Shown piece by piece: positions 8,022 to 18,014 of a DNA stretch of 64,000 nucleotides. Numbering within the stretch: the first letter of the stretch is position 1; the number at the start of each line of letters is the position of its first letter. The notes under the pieces were generated by a model. The model saw nothing but the letters and a program-made list of their open reading frames with translations, ran no database searches and had not been told where the DNA came from. The translations under genes and the position numbers were made by a program. Source of the stretch: an uncultured Clostridia bacterium (lineage in GTDB: Bacteria > Bacillota > Clostridia > Christensenellales > CAG-1252); the NCBI GenBank assembly GCA_945482995.1, contig CALYRM010000001.1, positions 1,413 through 65,412 of the forward strand, read 5' to 3'.

Positions 8022-9542
8022 ATGGAAAAAACCGAAGTAATGAAAATAATTTCAGACGAAACTTTAACGTACGCTCAACAAGTTTTGGCGTTGGCTCGTT
8101 TGGCAGAATCGTACGACGATACTCTCAAACGAAATCCGCTTTGGATTAAGGCGTTAAAAGAAGGGAAGGTTTGCGATTTGAACGAAGGACTCGCGCCCTA
8201 TCGCCCGCGCTATATTTTGCCGGATTATTCGATTCTTTTGGAAAAAGGTTGCTCCTTTCTCGAAATAGAGAAACCGAAAAATCTTACCGAACTGTGTTTC
8301 GATTTATTGATTTTCTATAGACACGTTCCGTCTATTACGTCGTACCCCGTATATTTGGGGAACTTTACCGAATTGTTTATGCCGTTCGAAGACGAAGCCG
8401 ATAATCCGTCTACGAAAGAAGTATTGCGACTTTTTTTGAAAAGTATCGATAAAACGCTTTGCGATTCGTTCGTTCACGCAAACGTAGGTCCGAATAGAAG
8501 CAAATTAACCGATATTATTTTGGATTTGACGAAAGAAATGCAACTTGCGGTTCCGAATATTACGTTGTTGTACGACGAGGACGTTACGCCGCGCGACCTG
8601 GCCATTCACGCCGTTGACGTTATGCTCGCCACTTCGAAACCGTCGTTTGCCAATCACAAAAAGTATTCGTCCGAACATTCGAATTGCCCATACGCCATCG
8701 CAAGTTGCTACAACGCGCTGAACGTAGGCGGGGGCGGATACACGTTACCGCGTTTACGTCTTTACAAAATCAGTACCGAAGCCAAAGACGCGGATGATTT
8801 TATGAATAACGTGTTGCCGCGTTACGTCGATTTAATCTTGGAAAATATCGATCAACGAATAAAATTTATAGTCGAAGAATCGAGTTTTTTCAAATCCTCC
8901 TTTTTGGTAAAAGAAGGGTTTGTCGAACGCGAAAAGTTTACGGGGATGGTCGGAGTCGTAGGAGTTGCCGAGTGCGTGAACAATTTGCTCGGAATCGAAA
9001 ATAAAGCGTTTGGATTCGGTCATAACGAAAAAGCGGAAAAGCTCGCATATGAAATCCTATCGAAAATCGAAAAAATCGTCAACGAACACAAGGGTTTGTA
9101 CTGTTCGAAATGCGACGATAAATACCAAATGCACGCGCAAGTCGGTATCGATACCGACGGTTTGGACGACGCTCCCGGTTGCAGAGTTCCCGTCGGATTC
9201 GAACCGCCGTTGTTCGAACATCTTACGCTCGAATCGACGCTTCACGGGTTTTTCCCGTGCGGCGTAGGCGATATATTCAAATTCGATCAAACTTGGTCAA
9301 AATCGAAGGACGCGGTTCTCGACGTAATCAACGGCGCGTTCCGCAAAGGTTTGAGATATTTTACCGCGTATAGCGAAGATAACGACGTCGTGAGAGTAAC
9401 TGGATATCTCGTCAAAAAAAGCGAAATCGACAAATTGACGAACGGAGAACAGTCTATCAATAATTGTACGGTTTTCGGTAAGGGCGCAAAAGAAAAAGGC
9501 CGCGCGCTCGATCGTAAAGTATATGGAAAAAATTCCGATTAA
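8022..9542 (+). CDS. yjjI: YjjI-family glycine (glycyl) radical enzyme
   Basis: 506 aa, the size of the E. coli YjjI family. C-terminal glycyl-radical fingerprint VVRVTGYLV (RVxGY). Followed by, and overlapping, a cognate radical-SAM activase gene, as in yjjI-yjjW. Confidence 0.7.
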   Translation: MEKTEVMKIISDETLTYAQQVLALARLAESYDDTLKRNPLWIKALKEGKVCDLNEGLAPYRPRYILPDYSILLEKGCSFLEIEKPKNLTELCFDLLIFYRHVPSITSYPVYLGNFTELFMPFEDEADNPSTKEVLRLFLKSIDKTLCDSFVHANVGPNRSKLTDIILDLTKEMQLAVPNITLLYDEDVTPRDLAIHAVDVMLATSKPSFANHKKYSSEHSNCPYAIASCYNALNVGGGGYTLPRLRLYKISTEAKDADDFMNNVLPRYVDLILENIDQRIKFIVEESSFFKSSFLVKEGFVEREKFTGMVGVVGVAECVNNLLGIENKAFGFGHNEKAEKLAYEILSKIEKIVNEHKGLYCSKCDDKYQMHAQVGIDTDGLDDAPGCRVPVGFEPPLFEHLTLESTLHGFFPCGVGDIFKFDQTWSKSKDAVLDVINGAFRKGLRYFTAYSEDNDVVRVTGYLVKKSEIDKLTNGEQSINNCTVFGKGAKEKGRALDRKVYGKNSD

Positions 9543-10362
9543 TCGATTAATAGATTTTTCGCCCGTGGACGGAACGGGCAACAGGTTTGCGATTTTCGTT
9601 CAGAAGTGTCCCTTTCGATGTTTGTATTGCCACAATCCCGAAACGATCAACGAATGTTCGGCTTGCGGCGTTTGCGTCGAAGCCTGTCCTAAAGGAGCGT
9701 TGAAAAAAGAAAGCGGCGCGATTATTTACGACGAAAGCAAATGCGTCGGTTGCGATACGTGTTTGAGAGTATGCCCGAATTTGTCGTCGCCAAAAACTCG
9801 ATATATGAGCGTTGAAGAAATCGAATCGAGAATAACGCGGGTTCGTCCGTTTATTCGCGGAATAACCGTTTCGGGAGGGGAATGCGCGCTCTATCCGTCT
9901 TTTTTGGAAGAATTGTTTATTCGCGTAAAACGTATGGGGTTAACTTGCCTTATCGACTCGAACGGAGCAAAACCGTTCAAGGACTTAGAATATCTCGTCG
10001 ATTTGTGCGACGGCGTCATGTTGGACGTCAAAGCGTACGACGACGATTTTCATAGAAAACTTACGTCTAAAAGCAACGCCGTCGTAATCGAAAATCTCGA
10101 CTATCTTTTGAGTAAAAACAAACTCGAAGAAGTTCGGACGGTAATTCTTCCGAAATACGACGACCAAAATCGTAACACCGTCGACAACGTATCGCGAATA
10201 ATCGGAAATAAATCGAGATATAAACTGATAAGATATCGTTATTACGGCGTTCGCGAGGAAGGACTAAAAGAATTCGGCAAAGTAATCGTCGACGAATCGT
10301 ACGCGCAAGCGTTAGCTGAACTCGCTCGCAAAAACGGTTGCGTCGACGTCGTTATATCGTAG
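9523..10362 (+). CDS. yjjW: YjjW-type glycyl-radical enzyme activase (radical SAM with two ferredoxin-type clusters)
   Basis: CPFRCLYCHNPE (CX3CX2C radical-SAM cluster) plus CSACGVCVEACP and CVGCDTCLRVCP. 279 aa, 20-nt overlap with the upstream gene. Confidence 0.8.
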   Translation: MEKIPINRLIDFSPVDGTGNRFAIFVQKCPFRCLYCHNPETINECSACGVCVEACPKGALKKESGAIIYDESKCVGCDTCLRVCPNLSSPKTRYMSVEEIESRITRVRPFIRGITVSGGECALYPSFLEELFIRVKRMGLTCLIDSNGAKPFKDLEYLVDLCDGVMLDVKAYDDDFHRKLTSKSNAVVIENLDYLLSKNKLEEVRTVILPKYDDQNRNTVDNVSRIIGNKSRYKLIRYRYYGVREEGLKEFGKVIVDESYAQALAELARKNGCVDVVIS

Positions 10363-10926
10363 TTTTTGTTGAACGCTTTGACCGTATTTTTTTCTTTTGT
10401 GACAAACGATAAGCGGCATAATAATAGAAACGCGCGATTATTTCAAAATTAAAAGATACATGGGGTAAGAATACGCGAAAAAACGAGCGTATTGTTGCTC
10501 TAACGACGGGAATTCGTTGAACCCATCATTTCGTCATTATGAATGCGGTTAGTGATTATAAAATAACTTAGCTATACTTTGGAAAAACGTTTATTTCGCG
10601 CGTAGAAAACATGTGATCGAAGCGCGAACGCTATGATTTTTTTGTAGTCGATTATAGACCAACGCTTCAATAAAAAACAAATAAATAGCTATTGGCATTT
10701 GCGTTAATTAGGCGAGTTTTGTGAAAAACGTGAAAGAATACGCAAAGTATGTTAAGGTTTTGAAAAAAAATAAATTAAAATCTTGCTTTTTTATATATAT
10801 TTATATATAATGAGTACGAAATTGCTTAGATTTTTCTTGAAAATCTGGGTAATCGGCTTGCAAAAAACGATTTGTCTCATAGACGAGTCGGGCGAAATAT
10901 TTTGTTGAATACGATAGGTTTCGTAG

Positions 10927-11271
10927 TCCGAAGTAATAGATCGCTATTTTAAATTAACAAAAGAAATAGTTTATATCAACTCTATCGACAACAACATTCT
11001 GAACAGGTTGTCCGGAGCAGATATGGATAGTGATACGATGTTGATTACGGATAACGAATTTTTGATTGCTACGGCGAAAAGAAACTACAGCAATTATAAA
11101 GTTCCGACGAATTGCGTCGAATCAAAGAAAACCGCTCGAACCGCTATCGCGAGAGAAAAATCCGTCGAAGAAAGGATCCATCCAATCCAAAGCACTGTTA
11201 TTTTTATTAATCAAATAGTTACTCATAATACTAATCTCCTTAAAATTATTATTTCAATCGAAAGACGATAG
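10927..11271 (+). pseudogene. probable gene relic: ~60 codons with an LSGADMDSD(x)M(x)I(x)D motif, then degenerate AT-rich sequence
   Basis: Frame open from the TAG at 10924-10926: SEVIDRYFKLTKEIVYINSIDNNILNRLSGADMDSDTMLITDNEFLIATAKRNY... The rest (…IFINQIVTHNTNLLKIIISIERR*) is low complexity. It sits in a 1.2-kb non-coding AT-rich stretch. Confidence 0.25.
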
Positions 11272-11470
11272 TTTTATTATTAACTCCGATTAAGTTTTGT
11301 AAACGGGTTAACAACCGAATTACTTTGGCAATTGTCTAACCACTTTGCTAGCACTCTTATCTCTCGATTGCTAATTATATTATAGTACCGAATTAGCACT
11401 CTGTCGACAGGTTTGCTAATTTTTTTTTCGATTTTTTTAATTTTCGACGGTCGATACCGAACCGAATATA

Positions 11471-11503
11471 CAAAAAAGGTCTCGACAAATAGCCGAAACC
11501 TTT
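11471..11503 (-). terminator. rho-independent terminator closing the giant-protein operon
   Basis: On the minus strand: AAAGGTTTCG-gctatttgt-CGAGACCTTT followed by TTTTG, a 10-bp stem with one mismatch. It lies 43 nt downstream of the TGA at 11546-11548. Confidence 0.65.
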
Positions 11504-11545
11504 CGCAATTCATATAAATAATCGTTATCGGATCGTTTTCGTTTA

Positions 11546-14080
11546 TCAGGTATTGATTATACTTGCTTTCGGACACTCGGTAACCATACCGTCGTTGCCG
11601 AAAGTTATATTCAGTCCGCTCGGACAATAAATGCGTTCCAAATTGTCGAGATAATAGAAAGCGGACGTTTGTATGCTTTTAATTTTGTCGTGCAATACTA
11701 TCTCTTTTAACGCGCTGTCGTACATAAACGCGCCGATCGAAATGTTTTCGACGAAATCGGGAACAACGTATCTTTCGTATCCGAGTCCTATCGGGTGATA
11801 AATCAAAGTTTTCAAATCTTTTGAAAACAGAACCCCGCCGTTCGACGCGTATACGGTATTGTTCTCGCTGACTTGGATTACGTTTAGACGTTTGTTGAAC
11901 AAGAACGCGCCTAATTCTATTTTGGTTACGTTTTCGTCGATATTGACGGTTTGTTTGTTGCAAGCGCAAACAATAAACGTTTTTCCGTCTTTACTGTATA
12001 ACGAACCGTCTATCGCGCTAAACGTTTCGCTGGTCGCGTCTACCGTAAATTCGTTCATTTTTTCCGCATTTTCGATGACAAACAACGGGAACGACTTTAA
12101 CGAAGCTCGAATATTTATTCTTGTTAAATCGGAGCAATCGGCAAGAGCGTAATCCATAATGGTTTCGACCTTATTGGTATCGAATACTCGAAGTCCCGTT
12201 TTTTCAAACGCATGATACCATATAGTTTTTACCGAACTCGGAACCGAAACCGAAACGAGAGATCTGCAATTCGAGAAAGTATACTCCAAAATTTCTTTCG
12301 CTTGGGCAAACTCCATAAGGATCGAAGATAACTCGACGCAGTTACAAAACGCGCTTTTCCCTATGGAAACGACGTATGAAATATCTACGCTTTCCAACAA
12401 AATACAGTTTTCAAACGCGCTCTCGCCTATATCGGTAACCTGCATGGCAACGACTTCGCGCAAGCTCGCGCACTCATAAAAGGCATTTGCCGAAATAACG
12501 GTCATACCTTCTATGGTAACGGTTTCCAAATCGGGACAACGCGCAAACGCTTCTTCGCCGATAAACGTAACTCCCGCGGGAATTATAAGCGATTTGATAG
12601 TCGCTCTTTCGAACGCTCGCTCGCTTATCGTTTGGACGTTTTTGCCGATCGTAACCGATTCGATCAGTCGTCCCGAAAAAACGTCGGGAGCAATCACCCT
12701 TACGGGCAATCCGTTAAAGGTATCGGCAATTACCACATGCGTTGCGTTTAAGTCGATTTCGCCGACTACTTCGTAATAAGTCGCGTCTTCGGATAATCTG
12801 TACATCAATTTGCCGTCTTGATAACCGTTTCTGTTTATCCACTTAGCGTATAAAGTCAAACCCGTATACGCCGTATAATCGGCGTCGTTAAATTCGATGG
12901 TAAACTCTTGGTCGAGATACCATTTGTCGAAAATATACCCGTCTCTTTCGGGCGTCCACAGTTCGACTTTTGCGCCTAAATCGTACGTCCGTATTTCTTG
13001 ATGATCTTCGTACAATACGTAGGTAACTTCCGCAGTCGTTACGATAGTCGAAGTGTAACTCAAATAGAAAATATAATCGGTAGAGATAAAGAACGGGAAC
13101 GTCGCGATTTGAGAAAAACGGTCGTCGATATAAATACCGTTAAAATAATAATCTTCGATTGCGGGAGTCGGAATATCTCTTTGCTGAATCAAAGCGTCGT
13201 ATTCGTATTCTTGAACGTAATCTTGACGCAAGTTATTGGGAAATCTTACGGTGATCGTAAATATCGAATCGTTTCTTAACCATTTTGCATACAGTATAAC
13301 CGATTTTGTAACCAAAACGTTGGCGTCGACCGCGTATTTCAATTCTTCGTCGCTGAACCATCCGTCGAATACGTAACCGACTCTATGCGGTTTAAGCGCA
13401 GTTAAAGGATCGCCCAATTTTTGCGAAATCGTCTCCATAGAATCGCCCCCGTTAGTGTTGAAAATAACGCTGACGGTTGCGTCGAAATCAATATCTTTCG
13501 GTATCCATTTCGCATACAAAACCAAATCTTCGTTTACTACAAACTCGTTGGGGAAATACATTGACAGGCATTGTTGATCGAAACACCAACCCAAAAAATA
13601 AAAGCCTTCTCTTGTAGTTTGTAACGACGCGTTACCCGAAAATCCGCGAGGCACGATAAGAGCGTCGACCGGTTCTCCGCCCTGCGCGTCGAAAGAAATA
13701 GTAACCGGATCGATAATTCTCCACACGTCGTGTAGAACAATATCTTCCAAATAGTCGTAATTTATAAAGAAATCGTCGTCGACCTTTACGTTCTCGCGCG
13801 TATACCAACCCAAAAATTCACAACCTTCTTTTTCGAGAGTCGGGAGAGTCGGAATTTCGCCTTTCTTTACCGTTATGCTTTTGAGTTCCGCTTCGTCGCT
13901 TTCAAACGAAATCGTTATGGTTCTCTGTTTAACCGACAAAAAGTATGCGGACAAACCGACGCTGAGCGAAACGGCAAGCACGAATGCCACGCCTATCACG
14001 ATACAAACGATCATAGTTTTGCGCGACATTGCGTTTTTTGTTTGATTTTCTTTGGTGTTTTCAGTATTCTTTTTACTCAT
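11546..14080 (-). CDS. N-terminally anchored surface protein: Flg_new (Listeria-Bacteroides) repeats plus BspA-type leucine-rich repeats
   Basis: 844 aa. TM/signal TMIVCIVIGVAFVLAVSLSVGLSAYF. Repeated G(Y/F)xFxGW motifs (EGCEFLGWY, EGFYFLGWC, VGYVFDGWF, DGYIFDKWY). The C-terminal half has LRR_5-like units (IGESAFENCILLESVDI..IGKSAFCNCVELSSI...). AGGA RBS, 6 nt after the upstream stop. Confidence 0.8.
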   Translation of the reverse strand: MSKKNTENTKENQTKNAMSRKTMIVCIVIGVAFVLAVSLSVGLSAYFLSVKQRTITISFESDEAELKSITVKKGEIPTLPTLEKEGCEFLGWYTRENVKVDDDFFINYDYLEDIVLHDVWRIIDPVTISFDAQGGEPVDALIVPRGFSGNASLQTTREGFYFLGWCFDQQCLSMYFPNEFVVNEDLVLYAKWIPKDIDFDATVSVIFNTNGGDSMETISQKLGDPLTALKPHRVGYVFDGWFSDEELKYAVDANVLVTKSVILYAKWLRNDSIFTITVRFPNNLRQDYVQEYEYDALIQQRDIPTPAIEDYYFNGIYIDDRFSQIATFPFFISTDYIFYLSYTSTIVTTAEVTYVLYEDHQEIRTYDLGAKVELWTPERDGYIFDKWYLDQEFTIEFNDADYTAYTGLTLYAKWINRNGYQDGKLMYRLSEDATYYEVVGEIDLNATHVVIADTFNGLPVRVIAPDVFSGRLIESVTIGKNVQTISERAFERATIKSLIIPAGVTFIGEEAFARCPDLETVTIEGMTVISANAFYECASLREVVAMQVTDIGESAFENCILLESVDISYVVSIGKSAFCNCVELSSILMEFAQAKEILEYTFSNCRSLVSVSVPSSVKTIWYHAFEKTGLRVFDTNKVETIMDYALADCSDLTRINIRASLKSFPLFVIENAEKMNEFTVDATSETFSAIDGSLYSKDGKTFIVCACNKQTVNIDENVTKIELGAFLFNKRLNVIQVSENNTVYASNGGVLFSKDLKTLIYHPIGLGYERYVVPDFVENISIGAFMYDSALKEIVLHDKIKSIQTSAFYYLDNLERIYCPSGLNITFGNDGMVTECPKASIINT

Positions 14081-14086
14081 AATGTC

Positions 14087-14776
14087 CTAACCGTCAAGAC
14101 TTCCGTAATACGCTAAACTCGGGTTACAATCGGGATAAAGAGTTCTGTCGTTGGAGACGTTCTTCAGAGATGAACATCCGCCGAAACAATACGGATATAA
14201 ATATATCGACTTGGAAGATTCGGGGAAAGAAACCGTCTCCAAATCCGCCATCCCGTAAAACGCGCCCGTACAAATTTCGACCACGTTTTTGCCGACTATG
14301 ATTTTTTGAATAGTCGTGTTTGTACCGCCAAAACCGTAATCGCCGTAGTCGGATTCGACTAGCACGCGAACGACGGGTTTGGTAACTTTTTGTCCGTTGA
14401 TCGTTACCGTAACTTCATCGGGAATCTGCATATATTCGAGAGTAACTCCGCCATACCAACCGGCAAGCGAAAAGCCTACTATATCGTCGGCGGATATCGT
14501 TTCGGCGGTAGTATACGAATATTCCATTTTTTTCACCGAGAACGTACCGCTTATACGCTTGTACGCGCTCGTTTCGGCGGTAGTTTCGTCGCCCGATAAA
14601 ACAACAGGAACGTACATCTGATACCTAAGCGACGGATTTTCGTCCAACACGTCGGTATCGACATATAACGACGAGTGTTCGTTTTTTCTCCATATTGCCA
14701 AAGAAACCGAAGTGATTGCAACGGCTAAAACGACCACGCTAACAATTATTATCAAAATTAACGAACTTTTTTTCAT
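14087..14776 (-). CDS. small N-terminally anchored protein with a single BspA-type LRR-like segment
   Basis: 229 aa. MKKSSLILIIIVSVVVLAVAITSVSLAIW anchor. C-terminal IVGKNVVEICTGAFYGMADLETVSFPESSKSIYLYPYCFGGCSSLKNV. Start 5 nt after the upstream stop. Confidence 0.65.
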   Translation of the reverse strand: MKKSSLILIIIVSVVVLAVAITSVSLAIWRKNEHSSLYVDTDVLDENPSLRYQMYVPVVLSGDETTAETSAYKRISGTFSVKKMEYSYTTAETISADDIVGFSLAGWYGGVTLEYMQIPDEVTVTINGQKVTKPVVRVLVESDYGDYGFGGTNTTIQKIIVGKNVVEICTGAFYGMADLETVSFPESSKSIYLYPYCFGGCSSLKNVSNDRTLYPDCNPSLAYYGSLDG

Positions 14777-14781
14777 AGCGA

Positions 14782-15822
14782 TTAAGGATTATATTGACTT
14801 ACTTCGACGCTGACGGATACAGTCATATACACGTTACGTCCTCTGATTTCGGGATCCAACAATTGATCGGGTTGCGCCAAATACACTTCGGCGTGAAGAT
14901 AGTATTCGCTAGAACCGAACATTTCAAAAGACGACGTGGTTTTATCGTCGGACTGATTGTCGAAAGGCACGCCCGAATTGCCGTATACTTTGCCTAATTG
15001 AGTTCCTTCGGGGATATCTTCGTTTTCCGTCGTCAAATAGAGTCTGCGAATAACGAAAGAAGAAGAATCAAAGTAGTCGTTAAGCGAAGCGTCGGCAGAC
15101 GCCTTGAAAGCCACGTGAATGGTTACCTTACAGGATTTCGAATTATCGCGAAGAACGGACTTTTTTTCCCAACCCGTACAAGCGGTTTGTATCGGCGGAC
15201 ATTCGCCATTTTTACAATAGTCGTCGTAACTGGTAAACTTGCTCCAAACCACTCTGCCGTTTTCGTCGACCAACGGTTCGTAGTAGGTATTTTTGCTCCA
15301 CGCCGTTACGTTGCCGTCATCGTCGAACGAATCCGGAATTCGTTGAGTCTTATAGCCTTTGCTGTGATCCGAGTCGTCGATCCAAACGATATAACCGTAA
15401 TCGTCCAAAACGGGAGCCAAGGTATAACCGTTCTCATCCTTTCCGAGCGCGACGGGATCGTATACGTAACCTTCGTTGAATACGGTGAAATTACCTTTGA
15501 TTTGAGTAATGCTGGCGGCTTTTTCCACATAACTGGGGTTAGGCGAGGCGGGATCGTATTCGGTGAGTACGTCGATATATCTGCCCGCCGAAACCGCGCC
15601 GGGCATTGCTACGGCGGGAATCAACGGTTGTTCGTTTGCAACCACTTCCGAATCCATATAAACGTACAAAACGCCGTTTGCGTTTATAACAAAAGAATAC
15701 GGAGTAACGACCTTCTCCTGAAACCACGCGACCGAAAAGGCTATCAGCGATACCGCTAGGGTTATCGCCAATACGCCCATAATTATCAACTTTTTGGTTT
15801 TTTCGCCGTTCATACCTTTCAT
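14782..15822 (-). CDS. N-terminally anchored/secreted protein of unknown function
   Basis: 346 aa. KTKKLIIMGVLAITLAVSLIAFSVAWFQEK N-terminus. No recognisable domain in the remainder, apart from a Cys-containing stretch CKNGECPPIQTACTGW. Start choice (15822 or 15813) is uncertain. Confidence 0.6.
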   Translation of the reverse strand: MKGMNGEKTKKLIIMGVLAITLAVSLIAFSVAWFQEKVVTPYSFVINANGVLYVYMDSEVVANEQPLIPAVAMPGAVSAGRYIDVLTEYDPASPNPSYVEKAASITQIKGNFTVFNEGYVYDPVALGKDENGYTLAPVLDDYGYIVWIDDSDHSKGYKTQRIPDSFDDDGNVTAWSKNTYYEPLVDENGRVVWSKFTSYDDYCKNGECPPIQTACTGWEKKSVLRDNSKSCKVTIHVAFKASADASLNDYFDSSSFVIRRLYLTTENEDIPEGTQLGKVYGNSGVPFDNQSDDKTTSSFEMFGSSEYYLHAEVYLAQPDQLLDPEIRGRNVYMTVSVSVEVSQYNP

Positions 15823-15874
15823 TATATCACATCTAGTCTATGCTTACCAATAATTTTTATTAATAGAACGTTCG

Positions 15875-18004
15875 TTAGGTCGACAATTTACTCTTTATAC
15901 GCATGTACAACTTGATGTCGGAGTCGATATAGGAATTTACGTCGTAAACGGTTCCGTTGTCGTCGCCCCAATTACCCAAAACCGACTTATCGTTGTCGGC
16001 ATTTAAGTACCAATTATCGAATTTGTAAGTGTTCGCTTCGGTCAAGCCCGAATACGGAGTGATTTCTATACTCAATTCGGATAACTTGGTTCCTTCTTGA
16101 ACGGTCAAAACGACGTCGTTGCCTTCTTGACTACCGAACGTTCCCGTTGCCGAACCGTCAATAAGTACGGTAAAGTGATCCAAATTGATAGGTTCGTTTA
16201 TAGTAAACTTACCGTAGCACGGGATCGTGCCGTCCATAAAGATGTCCAACTTTACCGAAATCTTGGTACGTTCTTTCCAAACGGGATACAACGTAATATC
16301 GTCGATCAAATCAAAGTCTTTCGTGACTTTGACATACTGTCTCGATGCTTCGTCGTAATAGGTCCAATAATCCAATGTCAATCCGCGATTTTCGCCCGTG
16401 GCGTTAATCAACGCCGTTGCCGTCGCGGTAATTGTCGTCAAATCCGTGTGTTTGGCGATCTCGATAGGAGCGTTGTCCGATCCGATCGTAAACGTTTCGC
16501 CGAATACAGTAACCGTTCCACCGCTTACGGTTGCGTAATCCAGTCCCCAAGTTTCGTTTACGGCAAACGTTACGTTTACGCCGATTTCTTTCCAAACCGC
16601 GTATAATACCGTGTCTTGAGATAATTTGTACGTATAACCGTTAGTCTCGGTAAACGCGTAATCGGCGTTATTTCCGACTATGGTACCCAATTTTTTCTCG
16701 CTCCACCCCATAAAGTGATAGCCTTCTCTGGTCGGCGCGTTAATCGTATAAGCCAACGCAAAACCGTCGGTCGTAGGATTATATATTTTGACGGATTTCG
16801 TAGTAGGATCGTAAACCGCATAGCCCTCGCCCTGATAATAATCGGTATCGGGACGAACATAAGCGGTTATATCTTCGGCGTCGGTTTGCGAATCGAAAAT
16901 CAAAGATCTGCTTATTTTCCACTTCGAATTAAGCGTTTCGTTTTGTTTGCGAAGGGGAAACATCTGAAGAGTAACAACGTTATCGTCGGTATTTTCACCT
17001 TTTTCGCTACGATAAATATACGGCGTAACGGATTCGTTCTCGCCTTTCAGCATATAAGCCCAATCGCAAAAATAATAAGAATAATCTACTACCGAGTTGT
17101 TTCCGCTTTCGTAAATTTCGGGAACGGGAAGCGATTGCGCGTTTCCGTAGGGATCCAAAAGAGAAAATCCCGTAAACGCGATTTTTTCGACGGAAACCGA
17201 TTTTCTGGAAGAAATATCTTCATAATTTTCATCGAGCGGAGTGGTCGAAAAATAAAGAGAGTTCTGCTCTATCGTTTGGAACACCGCGTTCAAATGAAAA
17301 ATCGAGAACATATACGATTCGTCGGAAAATTCGAAAGTGTAACGTTCTGGGATATCCGCCTGAGTTTCTTGCAACAAGTGGTACCCTACGTCGCCTTGGA
17401 AGTATATTCTCAACTTAAACAAGTTCAGTCCTTTGTCCAGTTTCAAAAGTTCGCCCGTTCGAGAATTACGGAAAAAGCCGTTTTCTCCCCAATACTCTTC
17501 TCCCGTTTCGGCGTAAACAGAATTGCCTTCGTCGTCGACGGCGGGGTCTCCCGTTTCGGCGTCGGTAACGGGTTCGATGGTTATCAGGTTCATTACGAAA
17601 TTAGTCCATAACGACGCTTCGCCTATCAAGTCAACGCTACCTTCGCCGAAACGTTGTACGCCCGACGTTTCGGTGTCGAAGTAATAGCGAAGGAATTGAT
17701 CTTCGTCTTTGCCCGAAGAATACGTAAATTTTGCGGGAGAGTATTCGATATAATAAGGGGCGTCGTCTCCCTGATATTGAATACCCGTTTGTCCCAAGTA
17801 TTTATCGAACGTATCGAGAACGTCGTCGATTTCGACGGTCAACGAATTGTCTTCCGCCGCCTTAAAATGTCCGTCGTTCGCTTCTATTTCTTTGGGAATA
17901 TCGAACCAAGCGATTGACGCCGAGAGAATCGCAACGATTAACGCTACGCTCGATATACAGATAAAACATATTTTTGCATTAAATTTTCCGTTTTTCTTTC
18001 TCAT
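15875..18004 (-). CDS. N-terminally anchored/secreted protein: unknown N-terminal half, Flg_new-like repeats in the C-terminal half
   Basis: 709 aa. KFNAKICFICISSVALIVAILSASIAWFDIPKE N-terminus. REGYHFMGWSE, LTLDYWTYYD and YKFDNWYLN motifs. The ATG at 18004 is preceded by AGGAGA, which contains the TAG stop of the giant gene (10-nt gap). Confidence 0.7.
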   Translation of the reverse strand: MRKKNGKFNAKICFICISSVALIVAILSASIAWFDIPKEIEANDGHFKAAEDNSLTVEIDDVLDTFDKYLGQTGIQYQGDDAPYYIEYSPAKFTYSSGKDEDQFLRYYFDTETSGVQRFGEGSVDLIGEASLWTNFVMNLITIEPVTDAETGDPAVDDEGNSVYAETGEEYWGENGFFRNSRTGELLKLDKGLNLFKLRIYFQGDVGYHLLQETQADIPERYTFEFSDESYMFSIFHLNAVFQTIEQNSLYFSTTPLDENYEDISSRKSVSVEKIAFTGFSLLDPYGNAQSLPVPEIYESGNNSVVDYSYYFCDWAYMLKGENESVTPYIYRSEKGENTDDNVVTLQMFPLRKQNETLNSKWKISRSLIFDSQTDAEDITAYVRPDTDYYQGEGYAVYDPTTKSVKIYNPTTDGFALAYTINAPTREGYHFMGWSEKKLGTIVGNNADYAFTETNGYTYKLSQDTVLYAVWKEIGVNVTFAVNETWGLDYATVSGGTVTVFGETFTIGSDNAPIEIAKHTDLTTITATATALINATGENRGLTLDYWTYYDEASRQYVKVTKDFDLIDDITLYPVWKERTKISVKLDIFMDGTIPCYGKFTINEPINLDHFTVLIDGSATGTFGSQEGNDVVLTVQEGTKLSELSIEITPYSGLTEANTYKFDNWYLNADNDKSVLGNWGDDNGTVYDVNSYIDSDIKLYMRIKSKLST

Positions 18005-18014
18005 TGCGATTCTC

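Noticed and set aside
11280-11627. 115-aa minus-strand ORF
   Set aside because: It overlaps the 3' end of the 844-aa gene in another frame and runs through that gene's terminator into AT-rich spacer. Low-complexity translation, no RBS.
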